DNA of 64,000 nucleotides, from NCBI GenBank assembly GCA_038065255.1, contig JBBTRI010000001.1, positions 42,911 through 106,910 on the forward strand, in the 5' to 3' direction. Of the stretch, positions 1 to 10,857 are shown piece after piece. Position numbers and translations under genes: made by a program. The stretch's first letter is position 1; each line of letters opens with the position of its first letter. The notes beneath the pieces are model-generated. The model was not told the DNA's origin and searched no databases. It saw nothing but the letters and a program-made list of their open reading frames with translations. Origin of the DNA: Patescibacteria group bacterium (lineage in GTDB: Bacteria; Patescibacteriota; Patescibacteriia; JACQRZ01).

Positions 1-1
1 A

Positions 2-160
2 GGGCTTTCCGGTTGCACGTACTCTGAAGGAGTGTCCTGGGGTAAATTTGTGCCACCCCAAGAGGGTGGTATGTTTGTCGAAGTACTTGCAGACGCAACA
101 ACCGTCTGGCCCTTGATTCTCAAAGGAGTAACAGAACGCCTTGATAAGGAAGTCCACTAG
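2..160 (+). CDS. Deoxyhypusine synthase-like (homospermidine synthase-type) protein, 3' end only
   Basis: Not in the ORF track. The frame from nt 2 reads GLSGCTYSEGVSWGKFVPPQEGGMFVEVLADATTVWPLILKG..., matching the DHS C-terminal GxLSG...E.VSWGK...DAT motifs; TAG at 158-160. Confidence 0.8.
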   Translation, partial: GLSGCTYSEGVSWGKFVPPQEGGMFVEVLADATTVWPLILKGVTERLDKEVH

Positions 161-162
161 TC

Positions 163-1062
163 ATGGAATTATCACACGAACAACTTTTTTCTCCTCCAGG
201 CGAATACGCATCGCTCGAAAAAGCTCATTTTGTTGCGGCTGCCGTGCCGATTGAAGCGTCAGTGAGTTATGGCTCGGGTGCTTCTAAGGGTCCCGAGGCA
301 CTCCTTCATGCAAGTCAACAAGTTGAACTTTTTGATGTTGAAGAACAGAACGAACCGTACCGCGCAGGGATTGCAACGTGCGCATTTCCACAACCGTTTT
401 CTCAAACAAAAGAAGCGCTTGCCTATGCTCAAGAGATTACCCTTGAAATTCTGAATGCGCAAAAGATCCCAATCATTCTTGGCGGTGATCATTCGCTTAC
501 CCCGGGAGTGCTGGCAGCTTTTGTCCAAAAAGATACATCCTTCAGCGTGTTTCATATTGATGCACATAGCGATCTGCGCGACTCGTATCATGGCGACCCT
601 CACAGTCATGCTTCTGCGCTGCGCCGAGTACTGGCATTTCCTGCAGTACGCACGCTTGTTCAAGTGGGAATCCGCAATGTAAGCAATGACCCTGAGGATG
701 GCAGTGAGTTCTCATTCATTCAGGACAATACCGACAGAGTAAAAATATTCTTTGCAAAGGACATGGCGTTGTGGAATATATCTGAGATGGTTGATGCTCT
801 TGCTCACGATGTGTATATCACCATAGATGTGGATGGGTTTGATCCCTCTATTATGCCGTCCACCGGTACGCCAGAACCCGGAGGGATCGATTGGTACACT
901 GCACTGCGAGTGTTGCGCGAGGTCTGCACTAAAAAAAATGTTATCGGATTGGATATTGTTGAGCTTGCCCCCATACCGGGATTTCATGCGCCGGATTTTC
1001 TTGTCGCAAAATTAATATACAAATTGATCGGTTATATTTCAAAAGCGAAAGGATATTTATAA
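163..1062 (+). CDS. speB: Agmatinase (ureohydrolase family)
   Basis: GGDHS, DAHSD and DVDGFDPS...TGTPEPGG metal-binding motifs. Confidence 0.9.
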   Translation: MELSHEQLFSPPGEYASLEKAHFVAAAVPIEASVSYGSGASKGPEALLHASQQVELFDVEEQNEPYRAGIATCAFPQPFSQTKEALAYAQEITLEILNAQKIPIILGGDHSLTPGVLAAFVQKDTSFSVFHIDAHSDLRDSYHGDPHSHASALRRVLAFPAVRTLVQVGIRNVSNDPEDGSEFSFIQDNTDRVKIFFAKDMALWNISEMVDALAHDVYITIDVDGFDPSIMPSTGTPEPGGIDWYTALRVLREVCTKKNVIGLDIVELAPIPGFHAPDFLVAKLIYKLIGYISKAKGYL

Positions 1063-1072
1063 CCCCCATCCT

Positions 1073-3811
<2,739 letters not shown>

Positions 3812-3840
3812 GTATGCAAGAAAATAAGTCCACATTCATT

Positions 3841-4248
3841 ATGGAACTTCAAGTCGGAGTTAAAATTCTTCTGAAAAATAAGGAAGGGAAGTACCTTCTC
3901 CTTCGTCGGTCATTGGAGAAATATCCCGAAGTGAACGGCCGATGGGATTGTGTCGGAGGAAGGATTGTTGCGGGTACGCCTCTGATGGATAATCTGCGGC
4001 GTGAAGTACGGGAAGAAACAGGATTGGAAATCATCGGAAATCCAAAACTCATTGCTGCTCAAGATATACTCAAGAATAATGACCGCCACACTGTGAGATT
4101 AACCTATAGTGGGAATGCAGAAGGTGAAGTGGCATTGGATACAACCGAAAATGACAGGTATCAATGGTATTCTTGGAATGAACTGATTCAGCTTGATGAT
4201 GTTGATGTGTATGTTAAAGAGCTACTGGATAGCGGGATCATTCGGTAA
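3841..4248 (+). CDS. NUDIX hydrolase
   Basis: Nudix box GG...LRREVREETGL; start placed at ATG 3841 (MELQVGVK). Confidence 0.85.
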   Translation: MELQVGVKILLKNKEGKYLLLRRSLEKYPEVNGRWDCVGGRIVAGTPLMDNLRREVREETGLEIIGNPKLIAAQDILKNNDRHTVRLTYSGNAEGEVALDTTENDRYQWYSWNELIQLDDVDVYVKELLDSGIIR

Positions 4249-4272
4249 TGTGAGCCATAAAACTTATTTTCT

Positions 4273-5247
4273 ATGCGCATTCATGATTCTATTCGCGTAG
4301 TGTGCTTTGGCGGGGGAACGGGGATGCCCTCGCTTCTTTCTGGCTTGAAACATAATCCCTTACTGGATATCACCGCCATTGTCGACATGTTCGACTCGGG
4401 CGGGAGTTCTGGTATATTGCGCGATCAGTATGGCATTCTGCCGCCCGGAGATATCTTACGCTGTCTTTTGGCATTGTCCGAAGATGAAGTGTATGCACGT
4501 AAGTTGTTGCTGAAGAGGATACAAAACCACCACGAGCCCGGGCACACGGGGGGCAACCTATTGTTGTATGCGTTTGAGAAAGTCTACGGCAATTATTTGG
4601 AAGCCGTTGATGCTTTAGCACAAATTCTTTCCGTGCGCGGGCGCGTCATTCCGGTAACGCTTTCGCCAAGTACGCTGTGCGCGCGCTACACCGACAGCAG
4701 TATTTCAAAAAAAGAAACGAATGTTGATCAAGGATTGTTTGAGGGAAAGGAAATCGCGGAACTTTTTCTCGACCCGCCTGTCCAGGCTTCATGCGAGGCG
4801 CTTGCTGCCATTGCGAAAGCCGATGCTATTTGTGTTGGTCCCGGGAGCTTTTATTCGAGCGTACTGTCAAATTTTTTGCCCGCTGGAATACGCGATGCTG
4901 TGCAAGAATCGCGCGCTCCGATTATTTGTATTGCGAATTTGCTTGCTGAAGGAAAATGTATGAAGGACAGCTCGATTATGGAATTGGCAAGAATTATTGA
5001 AGGAATGGTCGGCAGAAAAGTATCTGCCATTATTGCAAATAATACAGCGCCTACCCGCGAAGTTGCAGCTGCATACGGGGCCGAACAAAAATATCCCATT
5101 CTTCCGACCGAAAGCGATCATGCAGACCCACGCCTCTGTACAGCGCGCCTATGGAGTGATGTGTCAATCGCTCGCCATGATTCAGCGCGCCTCGCAAGCG
5201 TGGTAACCTTTTTAATAAGTAAACTTTTAGGCAGATCTAAGTTGTGA
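4273..5247 (+). CDS. yvcK: YvcK/CofD-like (UPF0052) protein
   Basis: FGGGTG, DSGGSSGILR, PPGDILRCL, GHTGGNL and GPGSFYSS motifs. Confidence 0.88.
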   Translation: MRIHDSIRVVCFGGGTGMPSLLSGLKHNPLLDITAIVDMFDSGGSSGILRDQYGILPPGDILRCLLALSEDEVYARKLLLKRIQNHHEPGHTGGNLLLYAFEKVYGNYLEAVDALAQILSVRGRVIPVTLSPSTLCARYTDSSISKKETNVDQGLFEGKEIAELFLDPPVQASCEALAAIAKADAICVGPGSFYSSVLSNFLPAGIRDAVQESRAPIICIANLLAEGKCMKDSSIMELARIIEGMVGRKVSAIIANNTAPTREVAAAYGAEQKYPILPTESDHADPRLCTARLWSDVSIARHDSARLASVVTFLISKLLGRSKL

Positions 5248-5334
5248 TGTATGACCCTGAAGTATTGACATTTTTTATTAATTCAATAAAGATACTGCTG
5301 AGTGATTCATTATTATTCATAGTCATAGTATAGT

Positions 5335-6273
5335 ATGGAAGATACGAATTTTATTACAAATGTCGCAAAAGCAACCCGCCAGGAGCTTATGGATGGGTAA
5401 AAGGCGTTATTAAAAAAATACAGTGAAGCGAATACTACTAACGCGAAAGTACAACCCGTGCAAGGAGATGTGTTCGCCGTAGCGAGCAAATATACCGGAG
5501 AGGCCGATATTCGCGCACATGTCGCGACACTAAGGACAGGTCTTACCATGACCCTGTCAGAGGTTGAAAAAAATCTCTTAGAAAAATTCAAAGAACTCAA
5601 AGAATGTGATGAAATGCTTACAGCACAGAAAACAAAATTAAAGGAGCTGTATGAAATTGAAGAATCGGCAGGTGCACTCATTGCCATGCTCCAGGCTCGT
5701 GAAGATACAAAGCGGAATGCAGATCGGGAAAGGGTCGAAACAGAACAGAAAAGAAAACGCGATGAAGAAGAATATGCATTTTCATTCAGTTTCCAAAAAC
5801 GGAAAGATAAAGAAGCCTATGAAGCAGAGAAGCGAAAATTAGAAAGCGAACTTGAAACAAAACAAGCGGATTTTGATCAGCGTCAGAAAGAATTTGCTGC
5901 AAAGGAAGATGAGCTTGTTGCATTGCACACACAGGTGCAAGAATTTCCCGCGACTCTTATAAAAGAAAAAAAGCATACAGAGGAGCAGGTTGCCGCAGCA
6001 GCGGCAAAAGATAAAGAAATAGTACTCCTCATTGCTTCAAAAGAAGCTGATGCGCTAAAAACTGTTCTTGAAGGGAAAATTGAGACGCTTCAAGCGACAA
6101 ACGAAGAATGTAAAAAACTCATTACAAGCCTCCATGAACAATTAAAAGCAAGCCATGTTCAAATCCAAGAAGTTGTTCTCAAAAGCATAGAGAGCGCAGC
6201 GGGTGCAAAAACGCTTGATGCGGTCAATAAGCTTGCATTGGAACAGACCCGTTCATCAGGTGGACGGAGTTAG
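5335..6273 (+). pseudogene. Coiled-coil protein interrupted by an in-frame TAA at 5398-5400 (pseudogene or sequencing error)
   Basis: ATG 5335 is in frame with ORF 5458..6273 and reads MEDTNFITNVAKATRQELMDG*KALLKKY...; the rest is an E/K-rich coiled coil. Confidence 0.6.
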
Positions 6274-6656
6274 ATTGTAGATACAACTTTAAGATGAGGG
6301 AGTGATGTAAAATCTTTGATATTTTTTGTAACGAGTGTTGCGCTATATTCTAATGCTGTTGCTGCAATAAGCAAATCGGCTTTGCCGCGCCGGCGGGTAC
6401 GGGAAAGAATGCCTGCTCGTATTGCGATTGCCATTGTGATTGGAAAAATGTCAAGGTGTTTAAGAGCCGTGTCAATGCGCCTTTGTTCAGAGTCTGACAT
6501 TCCGGCAAGTGCGTAGAGTTCCATGACAGTAACAACTGAAATAGCGATAGAGGTGGTATCGGAATGCGGCACTGGAATAGTCCCATTAAGTATGCCGATA
6601 ACATAGTTGCTATCCAAGAGAAAACACTCTTGAAAAGCAGAATACGCTAGCGCCAT
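6270..6656 (-). CDS. PIN-domain (VapC-like) toxin
   Basis: FLLDSNYVI, ISVVTVMEL, ADLLIAATA and LVTKNIKDF PIN motifs. Confidence 0.9.
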   Translation of the reverse strand: MALAYSAFQECFLLDSNYVIGILNGTIPVPHSDTTSIAISVVTVMELYALAGMSDSEQRRIDTALKHLDIFPITMAIAIRAGILSRTRRRGKADLLIAATALEYSATLVTKNIKDFTSLPHLKVVSTI

Positions 6657-6808
6657 AGTTGTTTTCGGATACGCTCAATATCTTTCGGCGCACGTTTTTT
6701 TTTACTCCACATTCCTGAAAGAAGTTTCAAGGCATGTGCTGCATTGGGAGTTTTTTGTCGGAGAGAAACGCGTGCTTCGATAGTGTTAACTCTTGGTGAT
6801 ACATTCAT
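6647..6808 (-). CDS. Putative antitoxin partner of the PIN toxin (53 aa)
   Basis: Not in the ORF track. MNVSPRVNTIEARVSLRQKTPNAAHALKLLSGMWSKKKRAPKDIERIRKQLWR*; overlaps the toxin start and has its own promoter. Confidence 0.65.
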   Translation of the reverse strand: MNVSPRVNTIEARVSLRQKTPNAAHALKLLSGMWSKKKRAPKDIERIRKQLWR

Positions 6809-6840
6809 AGATAGATAGATAGATATGGTATGTCCTAGTT

Positions 6841-6869
6841 ATTCTACGACAGAGTATTCTGCCGGTCAA
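6841..6869 (-). promoter_or_regulatory. Sigma70-type promoter of the antitoxin-toxin pair
   Basis: Minus strand TTGACC-17 nt-TAGAAT. Confidence 0.6.
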
Positions 6870-6887
6870 TACGCTTTTTGTGGAAAT

Positions 6888-6921
6888 AAAAAAAGACCTC
6901 GGAACTGGAGTGTTCCGAGGT
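6888..6921 (-). terminator. Intrinsic terminator of the GC-rich minus-strand operon
   Basis: 10-bp stem ACCTCGGAAC/GTTCCGAGGT followed on the minus strand by CTTTTTTT. Confidence 0.8.
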
Positions 6922-7029
6922 GGTTGCCGCGTGTTTCGCGGGTGCCATGAGATCTGGCGGTTAAGGTACGATGTTGTGACTTCGAGCTCTTGCCTGGCTG
7001 GCAGTCGGGCTGCTCTGCGTTGATGCGGC

Positions 7030-7644
7030 CTAGAGGTCGATCGACGTTTTCGTCGAGTCTACGACAAACGCCTCCGACCCATCGGCATTGCCCTGCCGAC
7101 GGATGCCCGGACCGGTCTTGGTCATCCGGCTGTTCAGCCAGAGGATCAAGTTGGGCGACGAGAAGGCGATGTTGAACCGCTCGCCTTCGACCATGGAGTC
7201 CGGTGCTAGGACACCGAAACGCGTGGCGTAGGCTTCCTCGCGGATGAGGACGGGACCGTCGCCGATCCCCCAGCCCACTCTGTCGCTTTTCAGCTTCTTG
7301 TCCCAATTGTTAATTGAGACTTCCTGCTGGCCGCCCCCGGATTTTGCGTCCTTTATCATGATGAACGTGTTGGCCGAGAACTGGATGTGGAGGCCGCCTT
7401 TGTCCCTCCAGATCCAGTGGTACCCGTCCGAAGATGGGTGCCAGCCGGTGTTCGGGTTGGTCTGGGACGGTGGGTATACTCCCGGGTTGGCGGCATTTGG
7501 GGTACACTCGTACCCCGGTTGGCACCACCCCGGTCTGGTCGGGTAGGGATTCGGGTAGTATGGGTACATTGGCTGGCACCCGATGCCAGCCAATGCCGCC
7601 ACCGCTCCGAGGAGCAGGATGGCGGCAAGGACGAACCGTTTCAT
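7030..7644 (-). CDS. Secreted or putative lipoprotein, GC-rich (204 aa), unknown function
   Basis: Start MKRFVLAAILLLGAVAALAGIGC (signal peptide, imperfect lipobox) preceded by GAAAGGA; Pro/Tyr-rich N-terminal segment. Confidence 0.75.
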   Translation of the reverse strand: MKRFVLAAILLLGAVAALAGIGCQPMYPYYPNPYPTRPGWCQPGYECTPNAANPGVYPPSQTNPNTGWHPSSDGYHWIWRDKGGLHIQFSANTFIMIKDAKSGGGQQEVSINNWDKKLKSDRVGWGIGDGPVLIREEAYATRFGVLAPDSMVEGERFNIAFSSPNLILWLNSRMTKTGPGIRRQGNADGSEAFVVDSTKTSIDL

Positions 7645-7721
7645 TGCTATCCTTTCACCCCGCGCACGCCTCTTAGCGAGTCGTGCAGTGAGCGTGCGCG
7701 GGGACTCGTCGAAGTGGGTCG

Positions 7722-8840
7722 CTAGAAGTGGATGCTGGTAGTCAACCCGAGCGACACGTTGTCGCCGGGCTTGCTGGGAGCGAGGATCTCGAGTCCGGCC
7801 GTGACGGAGTCCGTCACGTCGAAACCGAGGCCCACCCCCGCCTGCGCCTTGAGGTGCTTGGTCGGATCGAAGGCTGTCGCGCCGGCCGGGAAGAGCTGCC
7901 GGCCCTGCCCGACCACGTGGACGTTGAGTTGCGGCAGCTGGCTGAGTGGCCGAATACCGAGTTCGAACCGCGCGCCGTTGGAGGAGTTGGGCAACGACGA
8001 CGCTATCTTGGCGCGGTGATACCACCGTCCGTGATCGCCGTTCCAACTGGTGTAGATGTTCACGGGATTGGTGGCCAGCGAGCTGTCGCCCTGGAGGAGA
8101 AAGTCGTACGAGACTCCGGCCTCCAGCTGGTTGCTGGGGTCGACCTGGAAGCGCAAGCCCACGAGGGGACCCGCCACCACGGAATCGCTGGCGACTTTGT
8201 CGCGCCAGCCCCATGAGTTGTCGCGGCTGTAGCCGGTGTGGAGCCCTCCCATGAGGGTCCACTTGTCGTCGATCCGGACACCCCCCTTGAGGTCGGCGCT
8301 GCCGGCGCTGGTGCTGCCGCCCAACTGGCTGTTGAGCGGATTCCACGTCGTGAGATCCTGTCCCAACTGCAACTCGACGTTGCAGCAGAAACCACTCACG
8401 TTGCCGTAGCTGGGGTGGGTGTTGCCACTGTCGCTCGACGGCTGGCTGCCGCCGCTCGATGCCACCATGGTGGTATTGTTGCCGTTGCTGGCGCCGCTGG
8501 CTGCGGCGACGACGTGGGTCGTATTGCCGTTAGCGGGCTTCCAGCCGAACGGGTAGTTGCCCACCCGCAGGCCAGTCACCTTGCCGCCGATGACCGCGTT
8601 GATGTCCGTGTAGCCATTCGGGCCGAGCAGGATCCGGTATGTCGGGACGCCGTCCTTGCTGGGGACGAGTCTCGCCATTCCCGGCGGGATTGTCGTGATG
8701 TTGGCGAGCGCGGGTGCGGTGATTAGCCGCTCCCGGAGGCTCTGCCCCATCCCGATGTCCCGGAGAGTGGTTGCCGATGCCGCGCTCTGGAGGAGCACGG
8801 CGAGGATGCCCGAAAGGGCAATTGCCATGAGGCCGCGCAT
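7722..8840 (-). CDS. Secreted protein with C-terminal outer-membrane beta-barrel-like domain, GC-rich
   Basis: Signal peptide ending ...AASA, Ser/Gly linker, repeated amphipathic strands, terminal VSLGLTTSIHF; TAAGGAGGT 6 nt before ATG. Confidence 0.7.
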   Translation of the reverse strand: MRGLMAIALSGILAVLLQSAASATTLRDIGMGQSLRERLITAPALANITTIPPGMARLVPSKDGVPTYRILLGPNGYTDINAVIGGKVTGLRVGNYPFGWKPANGNTTHVVAAASGASNGNNTTMVASSGGSQPSSDSGNTHPSYGNVSGFCCNVELQLGQDLTTWNPLNSQLGGSTSAGSADLKGGVRIDDKWTLMGGLHTGYSRDNSWGWRDKVASDSVVAGPLVGLRFQVDPSNQLEAGVSYDFLLQGDSSLATNPVNIYTSWNGDHGRWYHRAKIASSLPNSSNGARFELGIRPLSQLPQLNVHVVGQGRQLFPAGATAFDPTKHLKAQAGVGLGFDVTDSVTAGLEILAPSKPGDNVSLGLTTSIHF

Positions 8841-8895
8841 GTAGTTACCTCCTTATGCGTGCGGCGTTGGGATACTTTGCGTTTTTTCACTTTTC

Positions 8896-9088
8896 AGCAG
8901 GACTCACGCATTCGAAGAATAATGAAATCTTTTTATGTCAGTACTCATTTTTTTGAAACAGGTATTTTTCTGCTGAAAAATCCTTCTTACTCCCGCCGTC
9001 GCGGTCCGTAGGTTCCAAAAAATGAATACCGCCATAAAGATTTCATTAGCTCTCTAGAGTAATTTTCTCCAAATGCGGTAGTCCTGCT
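8896..9088. ncRNA. Long (~190 nt) imperfect rod-like hairpin in the 5' leader of the minus-strand operon
   Basis: Nested complementary segments AGCAGGACT/AGTCCTGCT, CGCATT/AATGCG, TAATGAAATCTTT/AAAGATTTCATTA and TCATTTTTT/AAAAAATGA. Confidence 0.5.
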
Positions 9089-9168
9089 TCTAATTGTCAA
9101 ATTTCGGTGTCATTGCCGATGAAAGGCGCTAAAAACAGCCTATTCAAAAGACATAATGACTTAGCAGA

Positions 9169-9197
9169 AGTATAGCACAAAAATAGGAAAATGTCAA
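9169..9197 (-). promoter_or_regulatory. Strong sigma70 promoter with extended -10
   Basis: Minus strand TTGACA-17 nt-TATACT with TGn. Confidence 0.8.
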
Positions 9198-9250
9198 GAT
9201 AGGAGCGGTGGTTATAACGATTTTTTGAATACATTTTGTACTCAGGGGTA

Positions 9251-9279
9251 TTGACAAATCAAAAAAAGTATGATATCAT
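9251..9279 (+). promoter_or_regulatory. Sigma70 promoter with extended -10
   Basis: TTGACA-17 nt-TATCAT with TGn. Confidence 0.75.
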
Positions 9280-9353
9280 AAGCTTCAATCGCTCCTGCCC
9301 TGAAAAGCTCGAGCAAGAGTTCCTCAATCGCGCGATCGAGAAAGGATACCCTC

Positions 9354-10064
9354 ATGATCCGCACCAACCCGACGGGGTTGGCGGGGATCGCTCTGTCGAT
9401 GGTCGTAGCCGCGTGCTCGACCGTCCCAACCGGCCTGCCCCCAGGCATGCCGGGAGGAGCGACCCCCCCAGCCACGTCCCCCCCGGCGTCGGGATCGACG
9501 TCGGCCTCCGTCCCGCTCCTGCCGCCGGCTCCGGTGGCGTCGGCTTCGACTCCCGTAGGGATGCCGACTGCGACGCCAACTTCGGTTCCGGCACCAGGCC
9601 TCCTGCCCCTTCCCATGTCGGGCGACAAGAAGCTGAGCGTCAGCTTCGCGTCCTCGACAGTCAAGGCTGGCTCGTTCAGTCCTGGTGTCGCAACTCTCGA
9701 TGTGAGAGAGTGGATCCCGCAAGCGGGGAAATTCACCCTCACCGGCAGGATCCTTGCAGATGGCCGATGGAAGGCCGTTACGCAGGAGTACAGTGGGAAT
9801 CCCCCTCGAATGATCTTTTTCGAGGTGGAGCCCGTGTGGACTCCGGGAAAGGTGACTGGTTATTTCACAGTAACTGGTCCGAACGGCGACCTCACAATCG
9901 TCGCAACGTCGGACTTCACTGTGGAGGCTACCACAAGCCCGACCCCGGTTCCCACCACGGCTCCCACTGCGGCACCGACCCCGGTTCCCACCACGGCTCC
10001 CACGGCGGCACCGACCCCGGTTCCCACGCCGACCGCGAGCCCCTCGGGGACAGGCGGTCTCTAG
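9354..10064 (+). CDS. Putative lipoprotein with Pro/Thr-rich linkers, GC-rich
   Basis: Lipobox VAAC at Cys21; GAAAGGA SD; central beta-rich domain; C-terminal PTPVPTTAPTAA repeats. Confidence 0.8.
   Translation: MIRTNPTGLAGIALSMVVAACSTVPTGLPPGMPGGATPPATSPPASGSTSASVPLLPPAPVASASTPVGMPTATPTSVPAPGLLPLPMSGDKKLSVSFASSTVKAGSFSPGVATLDVREWIPQAGKFTLTGRILADGRWKAVTQEYSGNPPRMIFFEVEPVWTPGKVTGYFTVTGPNGDLTIVATSDFTVEATTSPTPVPTTAPTAAPTPVPTTAPTAAPTPVPTPTASPSGTGGL
9939..10027 (+). repeat. 36-bp coding tandem repeat (about 2.5 copies)
   Basis: CCGACCCCGGTTCCCACCACGGCTCCCAC(T/G)GCGGCA at 9939 and 9975, partial copy at 10011. Confidence 0.9.
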
Positions 10065-10104
10065 GGACTGTCGCCACACAACGGCACATGGTGTGCCAAC
10101 CCCC

Positions 10105-10137
10105 GGCCCTTTGCAAATGCATAGGGCCACTTTTTTT
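10105..10137 (+). terminator. Intrinsic terminator
   Basis: GGCCCT...AGGGCC stem followed by ACTTTTTTT. Confidence 0.7.
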
Positions 10138-10230
10138 ATTTTACCCACATGTGCTCTTGATTTTTTTTCAAAAACATGTCAGGATAAAGCCTTGTCGGCT
10201 AAGCCGACGTTTCATAGACATAATCCTCAT

Positions 10231-10857
10231 ATGCATTCAAAGGCATCATACTTTTTTAACCATTGGAAAACTATCCTTGGTTTTGCGCTTATTGGCGCCG
10301 TATTGGGGTTGGTAGGAAGTTTTTTGCGCCCTCTCGAATACAGCTCGACATTGAGTTTACTTATCGTACCCAAAAATATCAGCACAGCGGATCCCTATAC
10401 GGCGCTGCGCTCCATAGACCGCATTGCCGATAACCTTTCCCAAATAGTCTATACGTCTACGTTTTTTGATAAAGTGTTTTCCAAAAGCGCCGGTCCCGAC
10501 CGCGCGCAATTTGGGTCTGATGAAATTAAAAAACGCAAAAAATGGCATCGATCAGTTGCCGTCAGTATCAACCGCGGCACAGGTCTGTTCAAGATTACAG
10601 CCTACCACCTGCAACCAATTCAAGCTCGTCTGTTGGCGGAAAGCGTAGCGGATGTATTGATTGCCGAAGGATGGCAGTACGTGGGTGCTGATTTTGAAAT
10701 TAAACTTGTCGATGCGCCGCTGGAATCGCGCTATCCCGTGCGGCCAAACATACCATTTGTTGTTCTTGGCAGTATGCTTGCAGGAATCAGCGCAGGATTG
10801 ATCTATGTCTTCTGGCACTATCACACACACAAACAGCGCATATTCGGGATTGGATAA
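10231..10857 (+). CDS. Wzz/YveK-like polysaccharide chain-length determinant
   Basis: Two TM segments flanking an extracytoplasmic domain; P.EYSST..LLI and PVRPN motifs; start placed at ATG 10231. Confidence 0.7.
   Translation: MHSKASYFFNHWKTILGFALIGAVLGLVGSFLRPLEYSSTLSLLIVPKNISTADPYTALRSIDRIADNLSQIVYTSTFFDKVFSKSAGPDRAQFGSDEIKKRKKWHRSVAVSINRGTGLFKITAYHLQPIQARLLAESVADVLIAEGWQYVGADFEIKLVDAPLESRYPVRPNIPFVVLGSMLAGISAGLIYVFWHYHTHKQRIFGIG

Noticed and set aside
6807-6823. (ATAG)n microsatellite before the antitoxin start
   Set aside because: Only about four copies in non-coding DNA; no evidence for phase variation.
7645-8346. N-terminal extension of the 438-aa ORF 7030..8346
   Set aside because: It is an off-frame shadow of the 7722..8840 gene in GC-rich DNA; the SD and signal peptide mark 7644 as the start.
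9939-10027. 36-bp repeats as a possible CRISPR array
   Set aside because: There are no spacers; they are in-frame Pro/Thr coding repeats. No CRISPR array or cas gene was seen in the window.
9236-10315. Long overlapping ORFs 9236..10315 (+), 9324..10148 (-) and 9242..9742 (-)
   Set aside because: These are stop-poor alternative frames of the GC-rich lipoprotein gene; they cross its promoter, leader or terminator.
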